Origin: Oculina patagonica
Lineage: Eukaryota
Direction of reading: 5' to 3'
Length of the DNA: 64,000 nt
Assembly (NCBI RefSeq): GCF_052425735.1
Contig: NC_135767.1
Coordinates: 16,244,001-16,308,000 of the forward strand
The notes under the pieces: model-generated
The model's database searches: none
The model's input: the letters and a program-made list of their open reading frames with translations, nothing else
Told to the model about the DNA's origin: nothing
Made by a program: the position numbers and the translations under genes
Part shown: piece by piece, positions 47,601 to 60,101 of the stretch
Layout of the letters: every line of letters begins with the position of its first letter
Numbering within the stretch: the stretch's first letter is position 1

Positions 47601-50600
47601 TAGTGCCCCTCAAGAATGACTGTTTTTCGTGTACTCAATTCTTCTCCGACTTACGTCGAGCCCAAAATCCCGATAATGACGTACACTGCAGAGATGCCTG
47701 TTAAGTCTATCTAAAGAGTTACTGTCTCGTTCTTCACCCGAACATACGCCAAAGAAAATGATGTCATTTTCAGGTCGAATCCTTACAATAAACTTTTGTT
47801 TCGTCAATCTTCTTAAAAAAGCTATACCTACCTAAACAGCTGGAACTGTTATCCGTTCTTGACTCTGTTGTAGAAGTATTCGATGGACACCTTGAACACT
47901 TTTGCTGTGCAGGAAACTCTTGGTATGTACCAATAGGACAGTCCTCGCATTTTCCATTTGCCTGGTTCAAGTAAGTCCCTACTGTGCAATTTACTATGGA
48001 ATGCAAAGATCAACAAATAAGTTTTCACTAAAGTCAAACATGTCGGCATTTGCTAAGGGAGAATAGACTGGGGTAGGATACTCTATAAAGTTGTATATGG
48101 GAAGGTTTCGTACCGAGTTCCAACCCCTTTCCCTTTTATATACCATTTTCACAGAAAAAGAAACCCTTTCGTATACCTTTTATGAAAAAGGTGACCCCTT
48201 TTATATACCTAAATGGCATGACATATACCTTAAACGGGAAGTCTTGTTGTCTTGATGTAGCATTTAAAAAAATAAGATGATACGCCCATCATGTGTGCCT
48301 GTTTGAAATATTTTAGTTCATAGGCCTTTTAAGTCCCTAAATTACATATTTCGCTACCTTTCACTATAACTAAGCTTGTGAAATTTTACCTCTTTAAAGG
48401 TACCAATTAGGGCGGAGCCTCCCCGTATAGGACATTGTTAGTGTATACTAACTACCGGTTAGTACAAACTAAAACAGTGGATAGTGCTTTTGGAGTGCGC
48501 TGATTGGCTACTCAAACTCTTCTGGGCTTTATTAGCTCACTGTTTTAGTATATAATAAAAACAGCTATTCACCTCAGTGTCGGTGGCTAGTGGTAGATAT
48601 TTACCTCGCTGGTTCGCGGCTCGGTAAATAGCCACCACTAGCCACCTCCAGTTTGGTGAATAGATTTAAATATACTGCTTGCATCTACGATGAATGTTAA
48701 TTTTAGATAAAATAATTGTCAGTATTAATAGATCTCGTGACGCTTCTCTTTAGAATGATCTGGAAATGACTGAATAATAAACAAGGTGACTATATTCAAT
48801 GGAGAACATCACATGATCAACAATGATCAATTTACTTACGTAGCTAACTAAAAAAAATCCTAAATAAAGTTATATTCCATTCTTTACTTACAGCAATAAC
48901 CATCTCTGAAAGTTTGTCCTCTGGTACAAAATGGCTTTGGTTCCGAGATATTGAATGAGTTTTTGTTGGTAATAAACTTAGTACCATTGACGGTCAGGCT
49001 TAAGCTGCCATTATCAACTGCAAATTTAATCTGCCTGCTGATGTTTTTTGCAATCTGCACGCCATCTTCGCCAATCATAATCTGGTCCTGCTTGGTGTCA
49101 TTGGCTTTCATACCATCGAGGTCCACTGTAGGAGACAAACAAAAAAATAGTGTTATAGCAATGATATTTCAAACTGCAACAACAGAAAAGACCTCTAAGG
49201 CTTTGAATTGCGTTCCGAGCCCACACTTCAATTAGTTTTAACCTACCAACGATATCTAGAGTGATTGTTGTTCGTGGAATCGATCTTCGAGTTCTTCCGT
49301 GGCGACCTTCATCGTCTGTAAATAAACACCAAAGAGGATTAGATGTGATTTAAGTGTCGTGCCATTTAAATAAGGAATTTTTACTGTTTATAAGTGATGC
49401 AGTATAGAAGAAGGTCTATAGATGAAACTGATGTACAACAATGGGCACGAAAGCAATAGGCCTTTTTCAAAAATGCCATAATACTCTTTGTTGTCCCTCC
49501 AAAATTTGGCATAAGCAATGCTTTCAATTTCTCCTGGGACATCAAGAGAAATTGACAACAATGCTTATGCAAACTTTTGGGAGTGGCGACCAAGAGTATT
49601 ATGGTATTTTTGAAAATGGCCTATTGAAAGGTATCTTCATTTGGAATGGGGCCGCGGTAAAAAGTAGTTTCGACTTTTAAGCTGATGATGAAGCTTCATG
49701 ATGTTGCCAAGCAAATGAAACTGGCTATGTTACAATTGGCGCGATCTGTTCATGATCAATTGTAACTGAAACTTGTCACTTCGTTTTCCTGCCTGCCTGC
49801 ATGTCTGTCTTTTTGTCTGCCTGTTTGTCTGTATGTCCGTTGGCCTGCCACCGTTTATCTATTTGTTGTTTTGATTGGTTAGTTTTGAACTTCGAAACCC
49901 TTGGTAGCGAACAAGTTTTTAAACTAAAATACCTCCAAAAAATGTACAGCGTACAGCGTTCAACAAAAATCTAACGTGACCTAAATACAACCTATCCCCC
50001 TGTGAGCAGAGTACTCCCTTATAAAAGCTGTATTGGAGTGCTGTGCAAAAGGCAATGATTTTGGAGACGTCTTTGTAAATATCCAACTCATTTTTTTGTC
50101 TAAATTAGATTGTGCTTTGTCCACTCTTCTTTAGAACAATTCTTGAAAATAAGCGAGATGTTTACGCAAACCGTAAACTGTAGCAATTCCTGTGTAGAGT
50201 CAGGCTAAAATAGAGGAAAAGCCTTTTTTTCCCATGAAATAAGGTGGGGGTGTTAGGAAGCGCAGGCTGCATTCACCCACGCAAATTTTAGGATAGAGCG
50301 ACACCCCCCCCCCCCCCCCCCCCCCGCCCGAACACACACACCCTTCCCACCGACCAAACACCTCATGTAACTTAACCATACCTGCTGAACGTTTTCTCCT
50401 ACTGGTAACAGAAACGACCACTGAGCACGTGACCTTGACGTTTTCGGCCTTGCACTTGTCTTTAAGTACTGGATCTTGGCATACTTCATTAAAGAAAGAT
50501 TCATTTAGAATCTGGATAAAGTTTTGTTTTATCTGTGCCTGCGCTTCTGGCGTCGTGCAATCACCATAGTAGTAATGTAAATCCATTGCCATTCGCACAG

Positions 50601-53600
50601 CGTTGGCGTGGTACACTTCTACAAAAGTTTAACAAAAACAACGCGTTGTTTTGACATGAAGTGAAGTGAAATGAATACTTTATTTCATCTCGGATTGTAG
50701 AGTAGCTTTTTAATATAGCTGATATCTCCGAGCATTTCAACAGTGGAACGGTACAACGGGCAAACACCTGACCACAACACCGGGAACTTCGTGCTCTATT
50801 TTTTACGATGAGTGTGTGGGTTCTTTTACGTCCCCGGGGCCTACGGTTTATCGTACTTATCCGAAAATACTAAAATGTCTAACCATTTTCAGATGTCAAC
50901 GCAAAGGTAGCATATTCTCCTCAGTTATTTTAAGACCCTCGGGGTGTTGGGTCTATGTCTTGATATAGTTTAAGTCTGCTTTCTGTAACGTAAAGCGGCT
51001 AAAAGTACTTTTTCCTCCCTTAATGGGATACAAGTTGGCCAGGACGCGAAACCAAACAGCTCGATCTGGGGTCCGGCGCACTAAAAATTGGGCTACCTCG
51101 CCTTTGCGCAAAGTCTGTACTTAATATAATTGCTTGTTAACTACTTATAAAATGGTAATACTAAGTTAAAAACGTGAAAAATATTTCTTAAAACGGATAA
51201 CCTTTTCTAAAAATTCTGAAACCTACATGTCAAAATACGTTTTCTACAGTTGACAATAAGTTGCCACATCAAAACATCTTAAAAGAAAAGCAAATGCGAA
51301 AAACTCAGAGGGATGATAGCTGATGTTAACCCCCCTCCCCTGTATGTCCGAAGGTAAATATGCATTAAAGTAGCCGTGGCCATCTGTGGCCATGGCATTT
51401 CCATGAAAGTATATTGCAGTTTTACATTAAAACTATGGATACTAGTTTACTTACTCGAACAGTCCGGAAATCGATTACTTGGAAACCAAGTTCCCTTTGC
51501 CCCGCAAACCCACATGCTTTGAAGCAAAGGCTGTGCAAAATCTGTGTTGTTCTGACAAAAAGGCGAACAAAACGTCCCAAGCATCCAGTCGTCACAAGCC
51601 ATGGCCCCTCCATCGGGGGGAGACAGGTTACTGCACTTGGTTGCTGTGTAAGGGGAAATACAAATTTAAAAGCATGTCAATGTAATTAATTTAATTAAGT
51701 GGCTAGTACAAGAAATAAGGCAAAATGAATCGATTTCTTTCTACGCTATATTTGCGTTCGAGGAACGAGAACGCAATACTAATGCGAACGTTTTTGGGCG
51801 ATACCGTAGGTTGTGAGTTTGAAGTCTTTGGTTGCGCTACCTAATACTTACGTTCAACTTTGAGTGTAAACTGACAGACAGCAGGGTTGTTATTCGGGTT
51901 GTTATCAAAGGCTGTGCAATGCACATTCCAGGTCCCCCAGTAAAACTCAGTTCCACTTTGATGACTGCATCTTATTACCAATGGATTATTGCTGTTGTCT
52001 TTAAACTGGGGGTCTTTCCACGTCACAACTGTTCTCATCTTCGTGGCAGTTACGTCTTGGTCTGGGGGGCAGTATACAACCATGGGGCCTAAATTATCTG
52101 CGGTGAGAATATATCAACGAGTTGTTAAAAGGAAGTTTTGTATCTCAGTGACATAGATAAATGTGACTTCTTTATTGAAAACGTTCTCAGCAGAATTACA
52201 AGATCTCAATCTCAAATCACACTATAGCTAGCCCAGATAATTTGATAAATACTGCTGCTGCTGCCACTTATGTCCAGGATTGAACGCAGGTATTGTTTAA
52301 TGAGTACTTCATGTTTGACTGTGTTATTTGACATTTCCATATTACTTCATATTTGACAAAATTTGGTGTGTTTCGTGAATTTTTATTAATAAGGACACTT
52401 TGTGATGCCTGTCATGAGGAACGTGCATCTCATCAGCGTCCAATNNNNNNNNNNNNNNNNNNNNNNNNNNNNNNNNNNNNNNNNNNNNNNNNNNNNNNNN
52501 NNNNNNNNNNNNNNNNNNNNNNNNNNNNNNNNNNNNNNNNNNNNNNNNNNNNNNNNNNNNNNNNNNNNNNNNNNNNNNNNNNNNNNNNNNNNNNNNNNNN
52601 NNNNNNNNNNNNNNNTCCACATATTTTATTCGTTAATAATAGAAGTTATTGAAGGTATGTATGTATGATGATGATGGAGGAGGAGGAGGAGAAGGAGGAG
52701 GAGGGTAGTGATGATGATAATAATAAATAAAAAGATAAAATGAAAGTATAGCGTTTTGCGATATAGACTCAACTTGAAGACTAGTTCACTCTACAACTCG
52801 ACAAAATCGTACAACTATTTCAGACTTACCCTCCAACACAACTTTAAACGAGCATTCTTTCTTGTTTCCGCTTGCATCCCTTGCAGTGTACACAACAATG
52901 GTCGTTTCGTTGAAAATGTGTGGTGGACTTATCCCGGATGGAACAACTGTTAATTGCGGTGCCAGGTTGCTGTTGTCCAGGGCGATAGGCTTGGTCCAAT
53001 TTACCAACGCTGTCGAATTAATGTTTATACTTGCACGAATATCCGAAGGACACTTCATAAACACCGGTGGCGTAACATCTATTAAAATATACCAAAAACA
53101 AAACAATTACTCTAGACGTTATCAAGAGGGCGACCTCTCTTTCGTTTCTCTTCAGGCGTCCAGTGCAGGGCGGTTTTTGCAATGAAGGTTTCCTGGCGAG
53201 CGACGTGGATTGGCCACGTCGCTCGCCAGGAAATCTCTATTGCAAAAACCGCCCTGCACTGGACGCCGGAAGGGAAACGAAAGAGAGGTCGCCCAAAGAT
53301 CACATGGCGACGGACGGTTGAGAAGGAAATAAAGGAGATGGGAAAGACCTGGGAGGGCATCAAGTTCATGGCAAGGGACCGCCAGATGTGGAGGGAGCAC
53401 GTTGCTGCCCTACATGCCACTTAGGCGTAATGGGAATGAGTGAGTGAGAGAGTTATCAAAAGGCGCCATGGCATCTTCCCCAGTGCAGCCCACAGGCATC
53501 TATAGCTTGGACTGTTTGACAGCTTTAGAAATCAGGAAAGCAGTTAAGCACTAACGCAGGATTAACAGTTGATCGAGGGTTTAATTTCTCTTGTATAAAA

Positions 53601-56600
53601 ATGTTATGTATCGTGCTCCTTTTGGATTGAATAACACGCATATATAAAGTATGTGTAAATATTAAATATCCTTTATGTTGCTTAATATGTTTTGGCTGCG
53701 TTTAAAATTAGCGAAGAAAACGGGAGAAAAAAAAAAAAAAATCACTGAAAAGAAAACGGAAATCAAAATCCACGCTTGATTAGCTTAATCGTGGTATCGT
53801 GATTTATCCATCCGGTCCCACGCTTCATTTCTCTGACTTTGTAGATGTCTCTACAAAGTCAACATTTGTTAAACTAAAACATTCGCTATTGCTCAATACA
53901 ACTAGCCAAGATAAGGGTGATGTTTAAGTGGGTACACAGAGTAACATACTAATAAAAAATAAAGGCAATTGCAAATGCATGAAAAACATTGTTTCTTATT
54001 CGTTCTGATTAACTTCTGCCTGGTGTCTTCTCCATACATGCATGAGTTAGGCATTGCTTACTAATGTGTATATATGGTGGAATATAGTGATTTCCAAAAA
54101 TGAATGTCCACATAAATGTAGTTGGAAATAGATAATCGATGACTTGACCATTTAACTTCATTTTTCTAAACCAGTGAAAAATCGCTTACCAAGACATTTC
54201 AAAATCGAAGACACATCTTTGCTCCATTTCCCGTCATTACCACATTGAATCACGGTAACACCACCGTTACCTAGGAAACCGTGCCTGCATTCGAAATAGC
54301 AGACAGTTCCGCTGACCGGAAAATTCGTACACATGTGTGGGTAGATGAAGCCATACTGGGGCGCACTTAGAGAAGAACACGACCGTACTGAAATGAATCA
54401 TTAAATAAATAATTAAACAAATAATATTAAAAGTAAAGTCACGTTGCAACTGTATTGATGTAAATTGGTCTATTTCAATAACGATAATTTACAATAAGCT
54501 ATAATTATAGGTAAGTGAGGCACCAAAGAACATAGTTCATAAGTTGTTTTGGTCTAAAATGGGGTTTACATTTTCAACATTTTGGTCTCAAATGTGTGTT
54601 CTATGTTTGCCTTAAATTAGTCATTCTCAAATGTTTATGTAATTGTATGTAATTCCTGGTTAGCTGTTTTCATGTAATATACACATGCACTTTTTGTAGA
54701 TGTTTTTTTTTCTTAAACTATGTATCGATTTTGGGGTTACGTTATATAGGATATAAGTGAAATAGGATAGGAAAAATTGCATGCAAGTCAGAAATAGGGC
54801 ACGGGTTTCAACAAGCAGGATGCAGTCACCTCTACTTAAAACTTTTAGGAAGTTCTTCCTCCCCTCCCTCACCGGTTGACTAAGACGCATCGGTAGGAAA
54901 AAAACATGCAGGGTGAGTTTGATGCTGACGATATGATCTGACTCGTTCCGTCGTACATTTATGTTTTTGATAAGAGACGCTCGGGGATGAGTCAGGCTAA
55001 CAACAGGTCACAAAGGTTTATAGCCATTGTTAGCTTACTTTTACAGACTGGAAAAGCTTTGTCCCAGTATCCTCTAATGTGTCCCGGTCTGTTCAGGCAG
55101 GTAAGGTTCTCAGCTCCAAGCAAGTTGTATCCATCATTACAGCTCATTCTACATGTGGAACCATAGCTGTTATCACAGTCGCCCACTAGATAGCCGTTTA
55201 GCGGAGGGTGCAATGTTTGGCATCGCAAAACTGTGGAATAAAACAGCAAACTTGACATATATGGCAATCGTTTTTTACAAGAATAGGCATTACACCATAT
55301 GAAGCTTCTACCACAAGTTTGTAGAGCATTAATGAAAGGTAAAATGCTTAGATGCGTTCATGGTAGAATAGAGCGGTTTTCACTTGAATGTCGAAAGTAA
55401 TTTGCGTTTGCTTTGGTTTTGCATTACTACGCTTAGTAATTGGTTTAAAACTCTCGCGCCACTTTCTTAATTAGCCAATCAGAAGTAAAACCAAAACCAA
55501 TCGTGAGTCACTCGCTCACGCTTTCCCGCACTTTGTGCCTGCGACATATATTTGCTTCGAGTTTTGATTGGCTCACTGGATTGTCTGTATCGTTTGTACC
55601 TTGCCAGAGTAATTACTTTGCTTTTGGTTTTACGACACTCAATTGTAAACTGCTCTAACGTACTATTAATACAATTATACGACCAGTTTGACCCCCCATA
55701 ATGTAAAAAAGGATTTTGCCGTATAGTTACAAAACCCAAGACCCTAACAAATAACGCCCAATTAAAAAAAAAAAAATGAGTAGGTTGAGTTGCCTGCTCT
55801 TAGGTTTATACTTAACAATCGCTATTCTTGCAGAATTGGTCAATAGCTTACTTTCGACAGTAACATGAAATGTGCAGATTCTGTAGTTCCCTGCTGCGTC
55901 ACTGGCGTTGTAAATGACCTGGTGTTTTCCCTTGTAGTAAATGTTCGTCCAGCCACTAGCGATTACTGTCGGTATCAGGCCAGAGTTATCAGTAGCCACA
56001 ACTGGAGGCCAGTTAACTGTTGTATAGTTTTTAGCCTTGTCTGCATAACGCTTGATATCACTGGGACAAGTTGCACCAAAGGAGGGGCGTTCTACGTCTG
56101 TAAGTATTGGACGAATGAAACAATAAGATAGTTAAAAAAATCGTCAACCTTAAAGGGCTACGTCACAGATGACACAGGCTTTAACCCTATTCAGACCGGG
56201 GAGGAGGGCTTTTGAGGCCAGCTCTGACTTTGAACGCTTATTAATTTTTCAAGCTTCAACCAAACGCTGCCAAACTTTGCAAGTTTATCTAAAACTTATC
56301 TGGAAATAATTTGGAAGGAAAGGTTGTTGCGTCAAGGACATGGCAATGGCATCTTGACAGGCATGTTTCCCTAAATTTGTAATTTTCGTGTTGCTATTAA
56401 TAAAAATTAACTTTAATGCAACTAGTTCCAACTTTTAACGGTTTTTATATTTAAGCACAGTTTTATAGATTTTAAATACTTTGCAGTAATTTTGGGTGGT
56501 TTTCTGGCGTTTTGGAAAAATTTTGAAATCCAAGATGGCGGATCCAAGATGGCGGCTGTTTTGACATCATGATTTAATTTTCGCGTGATGTGACGTCACC

Positions 56601-59600
56601 AACCCACGTGACGTATACCAAAAGACAGATGTTTGGACATACTATACATCCTATAAGTTTCATTGTGATTGCTTATATGTGACCCTCCACGGGAAAACAG
56701 TGAAAAAGGTGAACGCACAGGCACGCGCGTCATGGCACGGCACGATAAGCGTGTCACACATCGTACGGATATGCGCATATTTAATAAGTAAAACAAAGAA
56801 TGGCACGGTTGATATTGTTAAGCACGCTAAAGCTTTTATCTAAGAGAAGTGTGCTATTTGGCACGCTTAACGAGCGATATGACACGCGTGCGATATGGCA
56901 CGCATGCGTGCGATAAGACACGCTTCCCAAACCAGCCTTCGTTTGTAACTTTTACATCCGTTTAACTTCTTATGGCACGAACGGTTCGAAGCTATCTAAA
57001 GAATAACATGCTAGACAGAAAAAAAAATGCTTTTCAATTTTTTTTTTTGCTTATGCATAAGGCGAAAATAAAATAGAAATAACTTCGATTGAAACCACGA
57101 TATTTAATTGTGCTTTAAAAATATAGATTGCTCGCAAGAATTCATTTCATCGAAATCTGTTGATTGTAAGTAAACTTTGCAAGCGAAGTTACATAGGAGG
57201 CGCGGGGGGGGGCTCTCAAAGCCCCCCCCCCCCCCTCAGTCCAAGAAGGTAAACGTTTACGTCAGTGTGTTTAGATCAATTTAGGAACAATAGCACTATG
57301 GCCCTCTTCCGAAGCCAAGGTATCAATTAAAGAATCTCTGTGTTGCGTAAGATTAGTCAGATTGTCTTCTAAAGAATTTATCAATATAAAAGGTTATTAG
57401 AACCAATTAATTTCAAGTGGTTTCAAGGTTGACAGAAGCTAATAGAATAGCCACTTTCCATCAACTTCTCTTGACAGATTTAAGTATGAGGTAAGCAGTT
57501 GTGTCTTTATAATTTCAATTCCTCTAACTTTCCCACCTCTCTCTTCACAACCTCTAACAAATACAAAGAATCTAACTTGCCGAAAGATAGACTGACCTTT
57601 GCAAAACGTAGTGGTGTTTTTCGACCACTGTCCGTTGCTAAGGCAAGTCGCTATTGGTTGTCCATGTAATCTGTAGCCTTTGGGGCATGAGAAGTGACAA
57701 GTGGTATCGTACTCTGGAGAGGATTTGCAAGAGCTTGGTGTTAGGTGACCATCCTTTGGAACTTGCAGGGATTCACAGCGGACAACTATAGAGAAGTAAA
57801 ACAAAAGAAGGGAAAAGAATGAATGAATTATAATGATATTAAGGACAGGTCCTATTAACAAGAGAAATTCTGTTATCCACCACTTAGGAATAATATTATT
57901 TGCGCACCTCTTACTGTAGATGAAAACTGTCAAACTGTCAAATTAAAAAAGCAAAATCGATCATGAAATATTCCGTTTAAGAAATTTCATCACTCTTCTT
58001 AGTTTTATCATTTTTTGTAATTAACAACACAAAAAAAATATACGATCGTTTAACATATGGACGAGAACTATATGCCTTTAAGCGATTTCGTCAACAATCC
58101 GGCCACAAAATCTTGGCGACTGACAACATCCCATATTTGTAATTTACCAGACAGCATTCCAAGGCGGTATGAAGCTTTTGCCTATCATAAAAAAAAAAAA
58201 ATTCCCGTGAAACGTTGTACAAGTATTCCCTGTATCTGTTGCCTCCTTTACCTTCGCAGTTAGGTTCTTCTCCAGACCATGTGCCATTTGCTTGACAGAT
58301 CCTCTCAGTTGATCCATTTACTTGCCGGTAGCCGCGATTACAGTATAATAGACATTTGTCACCAAACACGTTGTACGAGGAACCGCCTCCGCAACCAGAC
58401 TGTAGACTCTGAGGGGGTGGGATGAGACGAGGGCACCTCGCCACTTAAAAGAAAGACGCATTTCTATCAAGCGTCATCGACACACTCTTTTTTTTTTTAC
58501 ATATTTTAAATAGAGTGTTAATTGCATGAAACATTGGTTAACAAAATACAGTAATCAGCTAAAAAGAACGAAAGGTAATTTACTCTGTTCCTTCGTTGTT
58601 GTTGTTTTAATTAGTATTGTTGTTGTTGTTTTCTGAGGAAGTCCAAAAAGTTTGTTATGACAACAACTGAAACAGGCATACCATTAATCGTACAAGCTGC
58701 CTTACGCCTGTCTGATTCAAAATGAGCTCTAGTTGAAATTGTTTCCCTCGTGACATATTTCCGAAAACAGAAAGAGCAACTTTAAATGGTCGATTATTTT
58801 GATTTTTTTTGGGGGGGGGGGGGAGGGGGGGGGGGCTGGGGAGCTGCAGAAAAGAATGTGTACGGGCTTATCTGAAATCAAATATTGCATATTTCATTTT
58901 CGTTCTAGCAGCTAGGTAAATATTTTAACGTGACAATAATGATTCTCGCCCTGTTCTAAACATATTCCTTTGATTTAACGTACATTCACATTTGGTCTCA
59001 TTTCCTGTCCAGAAACCCACGGATGTAGCTGGATCCTTCTCACAAACTCTGCGGGACGAGCCTGTCATAGTGTGTCCATCATGACAAGCGAAGGAACATT
59101 CCGAACCATATCGATTGTCTTTGGTACAGTGCGAGGCGCCTCCGGCTGGGGCGTACAACTTTGGCAAGCAACGCACAACTAAAACAGAAAGCCAAGCAGC
59201 AATATTAAATCATTTCCTCTACTATTTCCTCTGCCTTTCCTTTTACACCAGTTAATTTTTTTCTAGAGACTCTTCCACCTTGCAGTCATAAATAGTTATT
59301 TTAGGGTCAGTATCGCGAAGTTCTTTGTCATTATTCTTATTACAATTTTGAGAAAGAAAAACAAACACGGCTGTCATGGAAACCCCAACAATAAAAATTT
59401 GATTTCGCTGTTCTAAAATAACTTGTTAAATGACAGAGGCGATGATACAATTGGTGGGGCTTATTTTTTATTGTTGTTTTTGTTGTTGTTTTTTGTTTTA
59501 AATAAAATTACCCCATTCAAATTCGTCTCCCGACTTGGACCTCCCTCGACAAATTTATTTACATCAGTTTACTATCTTTAACTGTAACGGTTTATATATT

Positions 59601-60063
59601 TTTAGTTTTAAACTTGATAAAAATTTTGTTTAATAAGTATTTTTAGCTAGTCACAGTGCAGTATCGTCAGACGCCGTTTTATAGCCAGTACCTATAACGA
59701 AGACCTTAAACTTGCACTCAGCAACGTTCCCTGTTTTATCAGAGGCCAAGTACCGGATGTTGTGTTCTCCTGCAGGGAAAATATCCCCAGTTTGTTTGCC
59801 GGAGTACGTTACGTTTGGGATGATGCCAGAGTTGTCTGTAACGGTCGGATGAGACCACGTAACATGTGTCAAGGTTGTGCCTCTATCAGCGTAGGCCACA
59901 ATATTTGATGGACAATTGGAGAAGAGCGGGGCTGATACATCTGTAAATTGAAATTGTATCAATATTTAGTCACAATGGTAAGCATATGTATACACATCAG
60001 TGTCATACAAAACAAATTGTCATCATAAACGACAAGATCGAAAGCTTTATCATCGTCATCATT

Positions 60064-60101
<38 letters not shown>

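Noticed and set aside
56181-57250. piggyBac-like element starting TTAACCCTATTCAGACC with an internal insert
   Set aside because: No matching right TIR or TSD could be found, so the boundaries are not supportable.
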